Position numbers and translations under genes: made by a program. This document shows positions 19,738 through 29,626 of a DNA stretch of 64,000 nucleotides, in pieces; the first letter of the stretch is position 1, and each line of letters opens with the position of its first letter. The notes beneath the pieces were generated by a model that saw only the letters and a list, made by a program, of their open reading frames with translations, was not told the DNA's origin and ran no database searches. This DNA is from a virus, in IMG/VR virus record IMGVR_UViG_3300036985_010228, positions 12,090-76,089 of that record; one strand, written 5' to 3'.

Positions 19738-20129
19738 GCGCCCTCTTCAAGGGAGGGGTGGACACCCTCATGCGCCTGCTCAAGACCCAGGGCGTCCCTG
19801 CGGTCTCGGCCTCGCTGGAGAAGCTGTCCAACGAAGCCACGGAGGACTGGCAGAAGTCCCTCCTCAAGATCGGCGTCAGCCTGATCTCCGAGCACGGCGT
19901 GGACGGCCTGAACATTCTCGAAGACACTGTCTCCAACCTGCTGAACGGGAAGACAGTGAACCTCTCGGCGCTCTCAATGCAGGAGGCGAGCGACATTCTC
20001 GCCGTCATGCAGCGGCGCGAGGCTGACCACAAGAACCAGGTCACGCTCTACACACAGGCGGTGATCGAGGCGCTCGGTAAGGCGCTCTCGACCCTCGTCT
20101 CGACCCTCTTCAAGGAGATCCGGCTGTGA
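19734..20129 (+). CDS. Hypothetical helical protein
   Basis: GTGA-coupled to the lipoprotein gene. Confidence 0.65.
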   Translation: MSALFKGGVDTLMRLLKTQGVPAVSASLEKLSNEATEDWQKSLLKIGVSLISEHGVDGLNILEDTVSNLLNGKTVNLSALSMQEASDILAVMQRREADHKNQVTLYTQAVIEALGKALSTLVSTLFKEIRL

Positions 20130-20404
20130 CAGCCCCCCGAACAACTGCCGGTCCAGGGCATATCTTCCACGGTGGCGGCGAGGTCGCCCCGGAACCCGTG
20201 GTCGCAGCCCCAGTCGCCCCGGCTGCCAAGCCGAAGTCGCACCACAAGAAGCCGGAGCCGGTCGCAGCCCTGCCCGTCGAGCCCGAGCCCGTCGAGCCTG
20301 AGCCCACGCCTGAGGCCCAGCCCGAAGTTCAGCCTGAGGAGCCCTCCGAGAAGCCCAAGAAGGCGAAGGAGCCCAAGAAGAAGAAGTCCGAGAAGGACGA
20401 GTGA
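20126..20404 (+). CDS. Low-complexity Pro/Glu/Lys-rich protein
   Basis: GTGA-coupled; SD AAGGAG. Confidence 0.55.
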   Translation: MTAPRTTAGPGHIFHGGGEVAPEPVVAAPVAPAAKPKSHHKKPEPVAALPVEPEPVEPEPTPEAQPEVQPEEPSEKPKKAKEPKKKKSEKDE

Positions 20405-20416
20405 ACTGCTGCCCGC

Positions 20417-20836
20417 ATGGTCCTCACCGTCTCCAAGTACATACCGAAGGAACTCTACGGGTTCCTTGAGGGTGCTGGGCAGCGGGTCTTCTTCCACCTG
20501 TCCGAGTTCGACCCGCTAGGCGGGCCGCCTCCAATCATTGGAGAACAGGTCGAGGTCGGGCAGATCGAGCTTGTTGAGAGCAAGAGCTACCGCGCCAGGT
20601 CGGTGAGGCGAGTGCTCAGGACCGAGCACCTCACCGGGACAGTCACTCGATTCGACCACCGGGTAGGGTATGGCTTCGTCACGGTGGGGAGAGAGCAGTT
20701 CTTCCTGCACCGAAGCGACCTCCTGGACGGGAGCCTGCCGCTCGTGGGGGCGGTGGTAGAGTTCTACGTCGCTGGCTCGATCCGACCCTCTGCACGTCCA
20801 CGGGCGTGCCATGCCCGTCTCCTGCGAGGTACCTGA
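20417..20836 (+). CDS. Tandem cold-shock-domain (OB-fold) nucleic-acid-binding protein
   Basis: Two RNP1/RNP2-like pairs: YGFL...VFFHLSE and GYGFV...FFLHRSD. Confidence 0.85.
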   Translation: MVLTVSKYIPKELYGFLEGAGQRVFFHLSEFDPLGGPPPIIGEQVEVGQIELVESKSYRARSVRRVLRTEHLTGTVTRFDHRVGYGFVTVGREQFFLHRSDLLDGSLPLVGAVVEFYVAGSIRPSARPRACHARLLRGT

Positions 20837-21406
20837 ATGAGCAACGGTCGCAACGCCTTCGGTGGGAAGAACCCCAACTCGATCTACGTCCCCATGTCGG
20901 AGACGGAGCAGGAGGTGGTCTCCCGGCTGATTGAGAACGGCGACCTTCAGGTGGTCATTCACGGCTGGGGAGTCGTGGACAAGCCGAAGCTGACGCTCGG
21001 GGACGCGCAGGTCATGATCCCCATGACGATCCGGTTCGACCGGCCTGACCAGCCCGTCGGGGTCACCTACTTCGACCTGGAGCTACGGACGCTGTCCGGG
21101 TACAAGCTCTTCCGGGAGCAGCACCCGACGATCTACAACGGGCAGCCGCTCATGGTCATGGCCGGGACCGAGATCAGCATGGTCTGGCACATCGGCATCA
21201 ACCACATGGACCCCCGCCTCGTCAAAGCGATCCTCCCAGGTGCAGTCGGCCTCACGTCCCGCGTCCTCGACAAGGACACAGGGCGGGCGACGGTGACCGG
21301 GAACATGAAGCTCGACGCGGCGAAGGAGCGGACGCTCGCTGCGGTTCGACGCGGCGAGGCCAAAGTTCGCGCCGATAAAGAGAAGGACCTCAAGAAGCTC
21401 CGGTAG
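20837..21406 (+). CDS. Hypothetical protein
   Basis: 189 aa ORF abutting the CSD gene. Confidence 0.7.
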   Translation: MSNGRNAFGGKNPNSIYVPMSETEQEVVSRLIENGDLQVVIHGWGVVDKPKLTLGDAQVMIPMTIRFDRPDQPVGVTYFDLELRTLSGYKLFREQHPTIYNGQPLMVMAGTEISMVWHIGINHMDPRLVKAILPGAVGLTSRVLDKDTGRATVTGNMKLDAAKERTLAAVRRGEAKVRADKEKDLKKLR

Positions 21407-21467
21407 CGGTTTCCACGCTATGCGTCGCCCCGGTTAGCTACGTCCCTCGGGCGGAGCGGAGGCACGC

Positions 21468-22091
21468 ATGGCTCTGATCGGAAGTGGGGAGAGGGCACTG
21501 ATTCTGAGCGACCAGGTGAGCACAAGCTCGCCGATTGGTCTGGACCAGGAAACGCCTCTCTCTGGCCGGATCCTGATCTTCCTCGACTCAACCCCCACCC
21601 ATGGGCTCTGGTCGAAGGACGAGTCCGGTGCCGTCAAGCCGCTCAACGGCGGCACAATGTCCGACCTCTCCTGGGAGGCCGTCACACCCTTCGCTTCACC
21701 AACCCCGGCGGGGGACATTACACACTCGGGGCGTGTGGCGGTTGGTCTCGACCCGTTGCTGCTGGTTCCGATCCCTGCGGGGATCGAGTTCCAGGTGGTC
21801 GGGTCTGAGTCCCTGGAGGGCTCAATCTTCTTCCTGGAGGGCACGGTCGCAGGCGACCAGGTGTCCCACAACCAGGTCTTCGCCAGCACGACCGACAAGG
21901 GGCTCTACGCCAAGCCGGAGGGACTCCCCGAGCGGCGGATCGACGCCCCTGGGCTCATTCGGAAGAAGATCCCCGCCGGAGAGCAGATCATTGCTCCCGA
22001 CGGCTCTCAGTACCTCGTGTTTGGCAGCTTCACTCTTGAGGCAGGGGCTGTGCTCACCCTGCTTGGGGACGCGGACCTCGTGGTCCTCTGA
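21468..22091 (+). CDS. Putative virion fibre/decoration protein
   Basis: First gene of the fibre block; carries a variant of the shared GLxxxDxxGxxxPL module. Confidence 0.55.
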   Translation: MALIGSGERALILSDQVSTSSPIGLDQETPLSGRILIFLDSTPTHGLWSKDESGAVKPLNGGTMSDLSWEAVTPFASPTPAGDITHSGRVAVGLDPLLLVPIPAGIEFQVVGSESLEGSIFFLEGTVAGDQVSHNQVFASTTDKGLYAKPEGLPERRIDAPGLIRKKIPAGEQIIAPDGSQYLVFGSFTLEAGAVLTLLGDADLVVL

Positions 22092-22097
22092 AGAACC

Positions 22098-23516
22098 ATG
22101 GCCAAGATCCTCACGACTGACGGCGCAGCACCCGCAGAGCTTCCGGCTCCTGGGACTCATGCCGTCTACACGAAGAACGACCTCCCCGGTGTGTCTGGCC
22201 TCTACGTCATGGACAGCACGGGCGTGGAGGTCGGCCCGCTCTCCACTGGCGGCGGGCCGCCGGGAGGACCCGCGAGCGGTGTCCTGACAGGGAGCTACCC
22301 TGGCCCTGGGCTTGCCGCTGGCGTCGTCGGCACGGTCAACATTGCGCCCCTGGCCGTCACGTCCACGGAGTTGGCCGACAACTCGGTGACGAACGTGAAA
22401 ATGGCCGACAACTCGGTCAACACCCTGGAGCTAGTGGACTCGGCTGTCCAGACAGCCAAGATTGCACTCGGGGCCGTCAACACGGCGAGGATTGCGCTCG
22501 GGGCTGTGACAGCCGACCGGCTCGCAATGACTCCCGTGCCCTACGGGTTCATTCTCTCGGACGCCGTGGGTGGGCCATGGACGGGCGGGCTACCCCTGCG
22601 GGTGAAGTTCGCGGCTCCTTCCGGGATCTCAATCCTCGGGGACCTCGGTGGCCTGACCGACCCGGCCTTCCCTCGGCTCAGGGGTGCCCTCGACGCGGAC
22701 CTCGGGTACCTGCCGAAGGTGCTGCCCTACCAGATCAAGTCCTCGGTGGACCTGGCGGGACGCACAGACTACCCGACGGTCTTCGACGTTGCCAACTCTA
22801 TCCTCCAAGTGGTGACACTTCCCGACTCGCGGAAGTACCCGCCAGGCACGGAGCTTACCTTCGTCCATAAGGGTGACGCGCCTATCGTCATTCTCAAGAC
22901 CGGCACGGTCGGCGGTGGTTTCTCCAATATCGTCGGCAACTCCCCCCGCGTTCCGGCTGCGGACCAGTTGGTCATTCCCGGACAGACCCGGCGGTTCACC
23001 ACGTTCGGGACCGGGTGGCTTGTCTCTCGGGAGGTCTTCTCCCGCCTCAAGAACGTCTCGGCTGCTCTCGGGACGGCAGACGCAGTGGGTGGGTCTGCTG
23101 CCTGGAAGTTGAACCCGGCTTCCTCCTCGGTGTGGGAGGCTCTGAACTCGCTTGGGTTCCTCTCGTTCCCTGTGGACCTGCCTGAAGGCTCGACCCTCAC
23201 GGACGTGGAGGTTCTCCTTGCAATGTCTGGGGCGGTCCCAGTGACCACCATGGCGGTCTACCTTTACCGGGAGGACCTCGACTATGTGGCCCTGACGAGG
23301 GCTAGTGTCCTCGTCGCTGGACCTGTCTCAGCCGCTGCCGTCTCCGGAGGGGTGATCCAGAAGGTGTCCCTCACCGGTCTGACTGAGATCCTCTACACCC
23401 CAGGCGACGGGGCTGCACCTCAACGGTATTGGACTGTGGCTATCGCGCCCTCCTCTGGCGTCCCTGGAGCTACTCAGAACAGCGTCTTCGGAGTGCGTCT
23501 CACCTACACGCTCTGA
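22098..23516 (+). CDS. Fibre protein with 10-aa repeats
   Basis: Decapeptide repeats DNSVTNVKMA/DSAVQTAKIA/LGAVNTARIA; GGPASGVLTGSYPGP motif. Confidence 0.7.
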   Translation: MAKILTTDGAAPAELPAPGTHAVYTKNDLPGVSGLYVMDSTGVEVGPLSTGGGPPGGPASGVLTGSYPGPGLAAGVVGTVNIAPLAVTSTELADNSVTNVKMADNSVNTLELVDSAVQTAKIALGAVNTARIALGAVTADRLAMTPVPYGFILSDAVGGPWTGGLPLRVKFAAPSGISILGDLGGLTDPAFPRLRGALDADLGYLPKVLPYQIKSSVDLAGRTDYPTVFDVANSILQVVTLPDSRKYPPGTELTFVHKGDAPIVILKTGTVGGGFSNIVGNSPRVPAADQLVIPGQTRRFTTFGTGWLVSREVFSRLKNVSAALGTADAVGGSAAWKLNPASSSVWEALNSLGFLSFPVDLPEGSTLTDVEVLLAMSGAVPVTTMAVYLYREDLDYVALTRASVLVAGPVSAAAVSGGVIQKVSLTGLTEILYTPGDGAAPQRYWTVAIAPSSGVPGATQNSVFGVRLTYTL

Positions 23517-23529
23517 TTGAGAAGAACAC

Positions 23530-24207
23530 ATGAGCCGAATCCTCACCACTGACGTACCCGTAGACCCGCCCAATCCTGCGGCTAGAACCCACACCCTCTA
23601 CACGAAGGCGGCGGGTCTTTTCGTCAAGGACTCCACCGGGACCGTGGTTGGTCCGCTCTCCACGGGCGGGGGACTCGCCCCCCCAAGCAGCCAGGACCAG
23701 TTCCTCTTCGCAGACAGCACGCCTGCGTGGGTTGCTGGACTTCCACCACGGGTGAAGTTCGCGGGGCCTTCCAGGATCTCGATCCTCGGTGACCTCGGGG
23801 GTCTGACCGACCCTCAGAGCCCCCGCGTCGTGAACTCGGTCGGCGTGGACGTGAACCTCGGGTACTTGGCTCGGACGCAGTACTCAGCCTTCCCAGCGGG
23901 TGGCGGTGCGCCTCCAGGCACGGCTCTGCCGGACGGCTTCACGTTCTACGAGGTCAGCCTGATCGCAGACGCCTGGTACCTGCTCCCTGATTGCAGGGTG
24001 TACCCGCCGGGAACGGAGATCGTGGTGGTGAACGCCACGAACTTGGTCCAGGTCGCCCGTATCACGGCAGACGGTGGTGGTGACGCCAACAGGGCGATCA
24101 TTGGTCCTTCTACCGCGACCGGCGGCACCCAGGACATAAGCCCCGACTACTCCGGGCGACGGTTCCTCACGAACGGGTCCGGTTGGATCCTGATCGGAGC
24201 GTTCTGA
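23530..24207 (+). CDS. Short paralogue of fibre protein 22098-23516
   Basis: Shared N-terminus (ILTTD...TK...GL..DSTG..VGPLSTGGG) and near-identical RVKFA.PS.ISILGDLGGLTDP block. Confidence 0.7.
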   Translation: MSRILTTDVPVDPPNPAARTHTLYTKAAGLFVKDSTGTVVGPLSTGGGLAPPSSQDQFLFADSTPAWVAGLPPRVKFAGPSRISILGDLGGLTDPQSPRVVNSVGVDVNLGYLARTQYSAFPAGGGAPPGTALPDGFTFYEVSLIADAWYLLPDCRVYPPGTEIVVVNATNLVQVARITADGGGDANRAIIGPSTATGGTQDISPDYSGRRFLTNGSGWILIGAF

Positions 24208-24208
24208 C

Positions 24209-24757
24209 ATGGCTGGCGCGTTCAACCTGCGCGGTGTAGGGGCGATCTACCTCGACCCGAACCCCAGCCTCCCTGAGGGTGGTGACCTGAACTCGGGGAT
24301 CCTCACCTTCAACGGGACCTCTGGCGCTCTGTACCTCTCATACTTCAACCAGAGCCAGATCCAGGTCACACAGCAGATCCCCGGCGGAGAGACCGGGATC
24401 CTCGCCTCGAACATTCTCGTCGGGAAGTCAGGCACGTTCGGGGAAGTGTCCACGCTTGTCGGGGCGCTCTACCTGCCCTCAGGGGACCTCAGCAGTTCGT
24501 CGGCCTACCTTCAGGTGTCCAACCTGCAAGGGGTTTCGGTCAACACCTTCACGGTGGAGATCCTCCCCGTAGGTGGTCAGATCCCCGTTGCCACCTTCGC
24601 GATCTCGGCGGACCCGTCCCAAATGAACGCGGGGGTGGTCAGCGTCACCAACCCCTTGCCCCTCACTGAGGGTTGGTACGGGGTGTTTGCCTCAGCCGTT
24701 AGCTCCGCGCCTTGCTTGATCGGCGGGCTCCGGCTCTGGATCTACCCGACTCCTTGA
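24209..24757 (+). CDS. Putative virion protein
   Basis: Beta-rich composition within the fibre block. Confidence 0.55.
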   Translation: MAGAFNLRGVGAIYLDPNPSLPEGGDLNSGILTFNGTSGALYLSYFNQSQIQVTQQIPGGETGILASNILVGKSGTFGEVSTLVGALYLPSGDLSSSSAYLQVSNLQGVSVNTFTVEILPVGGQIPVATFAISADPSQMNAGVVSVTNPLPLTEGWYGVFASAVSSAPCLIGGLRLWIYPTP

Positions 24758-24773
24758 GGCTAGGGACTCCTAA

Positions 24774-25850
24774 ATGCCCAGCATTGTAGTCAAAAACGTC
24801 ACCTCCGCACCGTTCCAAGGGACGGCGGCGACGACGCTTTTCACGAAGGCTGACGGTCTTTGGGTCGTCCTGGAGGACGGCACCGTCTACGGCCCGCTCG
24901 GCGTTGGTCTTGGGGGACCTGCGGGCGGCGCTCTTGCTGGGAGCTACCCCAATCCGACGATCGCCACTGGTGCAGTCGGGATCAATCAGATCGCCGACGG
25001 GTCGGTGACGGGGGTGAAGATTGCGAACAGCGCGATCTCGCTCGCGCAGATCAACCCTTCCCTGATCGACCCAATTCCGGCTCTTCCGGGGCTCAGGACT
25101 CTGGGCTCAGGCGCGAACCAGGCCGTCGCGGGCAATGACCCCAAGCTCTACAACGCGAGGGTGCCCACAGGCACGGCTGCGGGAGCCGGGAGTGACCTCG
25201 GTGGCACCTACCCGAGCCCGACGATTGCGAAGCTCCAAGGCTTCCCCCTCAGCATTGTCGCTCCTGCGGTCAACAACGTCCTGACCTGGGACGGCGCGAA
25301 GTGGGTCGCAGCCCCAGGCGGTGGCGGTGGTGGTGTCCCTGGGGGCGACCTCTCCGGGACGATCCCCGCAGCCGTCGTTGTCGGCCTCCAGACCTACCCT
25401 GTCTCGGCGACAGCCCCCCTTCCTGGAGAGGGTCTCGTCTGGAACGGGATCCACTGGGCTCCGACCGCCGTGACGACGGGAATGCCCGGCCAGGTTGGTG
25501 GGACGTGGTCAGACCCCACGACCCTGCTGACTGTCCGGACCTTCGTTCGGTCGAGCGGTGTGGCCAACACGGTGGTCGCGGCGGACAAGACGCTCCCGGC
25601 CACGGCCCTGCCTCTGGTCGGCATGATCTCAGCGATCCCGGTCGCTGGGACCGTGACCGTGATCTACTACGGCGAGGTCTTCTGGGCTCCTGGAACCCTG
25701 ACCCCCGGCGCTAGGTACTTCCTGAATACTTCCGGGACCATGGTGACTCCGGCTCCGGCTCCAGTCGTCGGCGAGGTCTCTATCTACCTGGGCTACGCGA
25801 AGAGCCCGACGATCTTCGTGCTCACACCGGGCGCTCCTGTTTTCCTCTGA
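24774..25850 (+). CDS. Gly/Pro-rich fibre or head-decoration protein
   Basis: GGDLSG/GSYPNP repeats, LTWDGAKWVA and LVWNGIHWAP motifs, C-terminal LTPGARYFL...GYA domain. Confidence 0.7.
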   Translation: MPSIVVKNVTSAPFQGTAATTLFTKADGLWVVLEDGTVYGPLGVGLGGPAGGALAGSYPNPTIATGAVGINQIADGSVTGVKIANSAISLAQINPSLIDPIPALPGLRTLGSGANQAVAGNDPKLYNARVPTGTAAGAGSDLGGTYPSPTIAKLQGFPLSIVAPAVNNVLTWDGAKWVAAPGGGGGGVPGGDLSGTIPAAVVVGLQTYPVSATAPLPGEGLVWNGIHWAPTAVTTGMPGQVGGTWSDPTTLLTVRTFVRSSGVANTVVAADKTLPATALPLVGMISAIPVAGTVTVIYYGEVFWAPGTLTPGARYFLNTSGTMVTPAPAPVVGEVSIYLGYAKSPTIFVLTPGAPVFL

Positions 25851-25901
25851 CCACCCCTTTCCGCTCTATAACCGGCGCTCTGTAGAGAACGAGGCTGACG
25901 A

Positions 25902-26231
25902 ATGGCTGCTGCAAAGCGATACAAGCTCACCCAGGAAATGATCGACTCGTTCTACACGCAGGACGGGAAGTTCCAGTTCCGGACTGGGTTCGACAGGGAC
26001 AACGAGAACTGCATTTGCGGTCCCATGCTCTGCCCGGTGATCGAGATCAACGACACCGACGTGGTGCAGACCACGAACGTGACCGCCCAGGACTACCTCC
26101 TCCACTTCAGGATCCCTCAGGGGATCTCCAAGAACGGGGTGAGGCCCCCGGCAGGTCCCGTGTGGCTCGACGTGACGGCTACTCAGCCAGTCGCGAACGT
26201 GGACCTCGACCCGTACTTCCCCCAGCAGTGA
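25902..26231 (+). CDS. Hypothetical protein
   Basis: SD GAGG; follows a CTATA-N11-GTAGA motif. Confidence 0.65.
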   Translation: MAAAKRYKLTQEMIDSFYTQDGKFQFRTGFDRDNENCICGPMLCPVIEINDTDVVQTTNVTAQDYLLHFRIPQGISKNGVRPPAGPVWLDVTATQPVANVDLDPYFPQQ

Positions 26232-26238
26232 CAATCCA

Positions 26239-26259
26239 ACCTCCTGCCTAGCAGGAGGT
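26239..26259. terminator. Intergenic hairpin
   Basis: ACCTCCTGC-CTA-GCAGGAGGT; no U-tract. Confidence 0.35.
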
Positions 26260-26311
26260 ACCGAGCTTTAGACAGCAAACCTTCGGCAATCTGCCAAGAA
26301 GAGGCTCCACC

Positions 26312-29300
26312 ATGTCAGTAGGAATTCCGCTGAAGATCGTCAACGGCACGACGCAGCAACTCGCAACCGGCGACAACGTCTCAGCGAACGGCATGGAGCA
26401 GCGGTCGGGGACGGCCCTGACCCTCGGCAACGCCTCCACGACCGGTATCGACATTGGCACCGGGGTCGGTCTCACGGCGCTCAACATTGGCTCCGGCTAC
26501 ACAGGCGCGGCCCAGATCATCAACGTCGGCACGAGTGCGACCACCGGGTCGGTGATCAACCTCGGTTCGGCCTCCTCTGAGGTGGTCGTTCCCGGAACCA
26601 TGACGGTCACGACGACCGCAGCGTTCGACGGCGCGACGACGATCGGCACGTCGCCCGGCACGGACGGTGACACCCTCACCGTCTACGCCATGACGACCTT
26701 CACGGCAGGTCGCGTGACGGGGAGTATTGACTTCAAGAAGGAGACCGCAGGTCACGCGCTCACGGTCGTGGACTCCACGACTCGGGCCGCTGCTGGTTCG
26801 CCCCTGACCGTCCGGTCCGCTGCCGGTGCGACAGACGGTGGGGTCGGCGGCGTCCTCTCGCTCAAGTCTGGTGCTGGCGGTGACGTTGTCCAGGGCACGA
26901 ACACCAGCTTCGCGGCGTCAGCAGGTACAACCACCTTCGTGACCCCCCAGGCGCTCTTCGTGGGTGGGGACGTGGGTCGCACGATCCGGATCGCTGGATC
27001 CACGACGAACAACGGCGACTTCACGATCGCCTCGTATATCAGCCCCACCTCCGTGACCTGGGCTACGGGCGTCGGACTGACTGAGGCGGGCGCAGGGACG
27101 TGGGAGTTCACGAGCGTCCTGGGTCAGGCCGGTGGTGCTGTCTCCATGATCGGTGGGGCCGGTGGTATCGGTTCGGTTGACCTCGCCGCAGGCGACGGTG
27201 GTGCGATCACAATCTCGGGCGGCACAGGCGGCGCGGGCGCGGTCGGTGGCTCCGGTGGTGCTCTCACGCTCACCTCGGGTGTGCCTACTGGCACCTCCCT
27301 GCCCGGCGTTCTTTCGATCCAGTCCGGCGGGGCGGACATTCTCACGGTGGACGGTCAGGGCAACGTCGTCCTCAAGACGATCGCCGACGACAGCATCAAC
27401 ACGCTCAGCCTGAGCACGGGGAATAACTCCAGCAAGGGCGGCGGCGCTTTCAGTGTCGTCACGGGCAACGGTGGCTCTGCCTCCCTTGCGGTCGGCGGGA
27501 AGATCTCTCTCACCGCAGGCAACGGTGGTTCGGGGACCGGGGCTGACGGCGGCTCTGTCGAGATCACTGCTGGTAACAGCGGGTCCACGACGGGCAACTC
27601 GGGTGCAGTCACGATCCTGGGTGGCAGCACCACCTTGGGCGGTGTGGACGGTGGCAACGTCACCCTCACGGGCGGCACTTCTTCCGCAGCCAAGGCTGGT
27701 GGTGTGATCGCAACCACCTCGCGCACGGCCAGCGGTGTCACACCCACAACGGACGGCCCTGTCCTCACGCTCACGCAAGCCGCTGGCTCTGCGAGCGTGT
27801 GGGTCGGTGCAACGTCCCCCCACGGCAACGTGTCTGGCACACAGGGCTCGCTGTACCTGAAGACGGACGGCACGGTCTACGTCAACACGACCACGGGCAC
27901 GACGTGGACCCAGCTTGCAGCGTCGGGCGGGACCAGCCTCCAGTCGGCCTACGACGCGGCGACGCCGACGATCGCCCTCGACACCTCGGGCGGTATCCAG
28001 TTCAATCAGGTTGACGGCACGAACGTCAACGCACCGACGCTCTCGCTCACCAACACCGAAGACGGTGCGGCGAACAGCACCCTCTCGGTGGACCGCAGCC
28101 CGGTTACCACTCCGGCGGCTGGTTACGGTATCACCGTCGCAATGGGTGTAAACGCGACGGCCACCGGTCTGAACCTCGTCCAAAGCGGTACGGCAAGCGG
28201 TTCGCACGGTATCAACGTCAACATCACCGGCCCCCAGCATCTTACGGCATACGGTGTTGGTATCAATGTCCAGAACGCCGGGTCAACTGGCACTGGTCTC
28301 TCCGTCACACACGCGGGTACTGGACCCGGCATTTCGGTGGCCGCGAACGGAACCGGAATCGCCGCCCAGTTCAACGCCTCGAACAGCCCCACCTTCGGCA
28401 GCACTGTCACCATGGCCAACACGGGCACTGGCGGCGGCTCTGTCCTGGACATCACGGGAGCCCTGGGTCACGGCGGAATCAGCCTCGCGGCGGTTGACGC
28501 GGTGGGCGTCGGTATCACCATGAGTGGCCTGGGCACTGGCCTGATTGTCGATCAGACCAGCACTGGTGACATTGCCCTGTTCAAGGACAACGGCTCGGCG
28601 ATCCTCACCCTCACGGGCGCGGGAGCGATCACTGCTGAGCCCACGAGCGGACAGAACTTCACCGTTCAGTCCAAGGGTGGCGCGACGGCAATCGCCCTCA
28701 ACACGACGACCGGTGTGACCCCCACGGGTGCAATCACGATCGACTCCGCAGCGGGCGTCTCGATCGACGCAGCAACCTCCTCGAACTTCACGGTCGCAAG
28801 CGGCGCGGCTCTCGAACTGACGTTCGGGGCGCACGGCTCGACGATCGACCTCAACACGCTCGCCGACCCGTCGCTGGTCGGCTTCACCAAGCAGTCGATC
28901 GTCGGCGCGCTCAACGAACTCAAGGTCGGCACCACGGCGGCCTCGCAGATCGTCCAGACCGGGTTCGACACCGCAACCAACTCGGTCACGGCGGGTATGC
29001 TCGGCTACCTGACCACGACGGCAAATCGGGTTCAGAAGGCTATCGCAACCTCCCTGGCTGCGGCATTGGTCTTCGGAGCCAACGAGGGCACGGCGGGGTC
29101 CATGACCACGGCGGGCACGATCGAGGACCAGACCGTGGACGCAGGCGTCGTGCTTCTCCCAGGCGACCGTCTGTTCCTGTCAGCTTCGACGGCTGGCTCG
29201 GTCACGAACGTCGCCCCGTCCACCCTCACGCAGGTCGTCATTCCGGTCGGCTACTCCCGCACGGGAAGCCCGGTCGCTAGCTCGGGTACGGGGGACTCCT

Positions 29301-29560
29301 TCGCCTCTGCCACTGGAACCACCACACTGACGGATGCTGGTGCAACATGGACGGCTGCGGACGTGGGTCGCACGATCGTCATTGCGGGCGCAACCGATCC
29401 TCTCCACAACGGAACCTTCGTGATCACCGCACAGGGCGGCACGACGGTATCCTACCTGAGCGCCACCCCCGGCGCAGACCAGGCATACGCGGGTGCCTGG
29501 ACCGTCTACAAGCGCACGAACGACATGGTCCTCGCGGTCGGCTCGCCGGTCGTCCTCTGA
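26312..29560 (+). CDS. Long Gly/Thr-rich fibre/adhesin protein
   Basis: 1082 aa; repeated GG.(V/I).(I/L)..G units; two copies of a DVGRTI.IAG...NG.F.I module; C-terminus homologous to that of 24774-25850. Confidence 0.8.
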   Translation: MSVGIPLKIVNGTTQQLATGDNVSANGMEQRSGTALTLGNASTTGIDIGTGVGLTALNIGSGYTGAAQIINVGTSATTGSVINLGSASSEVVVPGTMTVTTTAAFDGATTIGTSPGTDGDTLTVYAMTTFTAGRVTGSIDFKKETAGHALTVVDSTTRAAAGSPLTVRSAAGATDGGVGGVLSLKSGAGGDVVQGTNTSFAASAGTTTFVTPQALFVGGDVGRTIRIAGSTTNNGDFTIASYISPTSVTWATGVGLTEAGAGTWEFTSVLGQAGGAVSMIGGAGGIGSVDLAAGDGGAITISGGTGGAGAVGGSGGALTLTSGVPTGTSLPGVLSIQSGGADILTVDGQGNVVLKTIADDSINTLSLSTGNNSSKGGGAFSVVTGNGGSASLAVGGKISLTAGNGGSGTGADGGSVEITAGNSGSTTGNSGAVTILGGSTTLGGVDGGNVTLTGGTSSAAKAGGVIATTSRTASGVTPTTDGPVLTLTQAAGSASVWVGATSPHGNVSGTQGSLYLKTDGTVYVNTTTGTTWTQLAASGGTSLQSAYDAATPTIALDTSGGIQFNQVDGTNVNAPTLSLTNTEDGAANSTLSVDRSPVTTPAAGYGITVAMGVNATATGLNLVQSGTASGSHGINVNITGPQHLTAYGVGINVQNAGSTGTGLSVTHAGTGPGISVAANGTGIAAQFNASNSPTFGSTVTMANTGTGGGSVLDITGALGHGGISLAAVDAVGVGITMSGLGTGLIVDQTSTGDIALFKDNGSAILTLTGAGAITAEPTSGQNFTVQSKGGATAIALNTTTGVTPTGAITIDSAAGVSIDAATSSNFTVASGAALELTFGAHGSTIDLNTLADPSLVGFTKQSIVGALNELKVGTTAASQIVQTGFDTATNSVTAGMLGYLTTTANRVQKAIATSLAAALVFGANEGTAGSMTTAGTIEDQTVDAGVVLLPGDRLFLSASTAGSVTNVAPSTLTQVVIPVGYSRTGSPVASSGTGDSFASATGTTTLTDAGATWTAADVGRTIVIAGATDPLHNGTFVITAQGGTTVSYLSATPGADQAYAGAWTVYKRTNDMVLAVGSPVVL

Positions 29561-29582
29561 GCCTTCTAGGGGAGTGAACTGA

Positions 29583-29611
29583 GGGAAGCCACCCAATCTG
29601 GGTGGCTTCCC
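29583..29611. terminator. Strong hairpin after the long fibre gene (terminator or processing site)
   Basis: Perfect 13-bp stem GGGAAGCCACCCA-ATC-TGGGTGGCTTCCC; no poly-U. Confidence 0.5.
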
Positions 29612-29626
29612 CGCTACAGGAGACCC

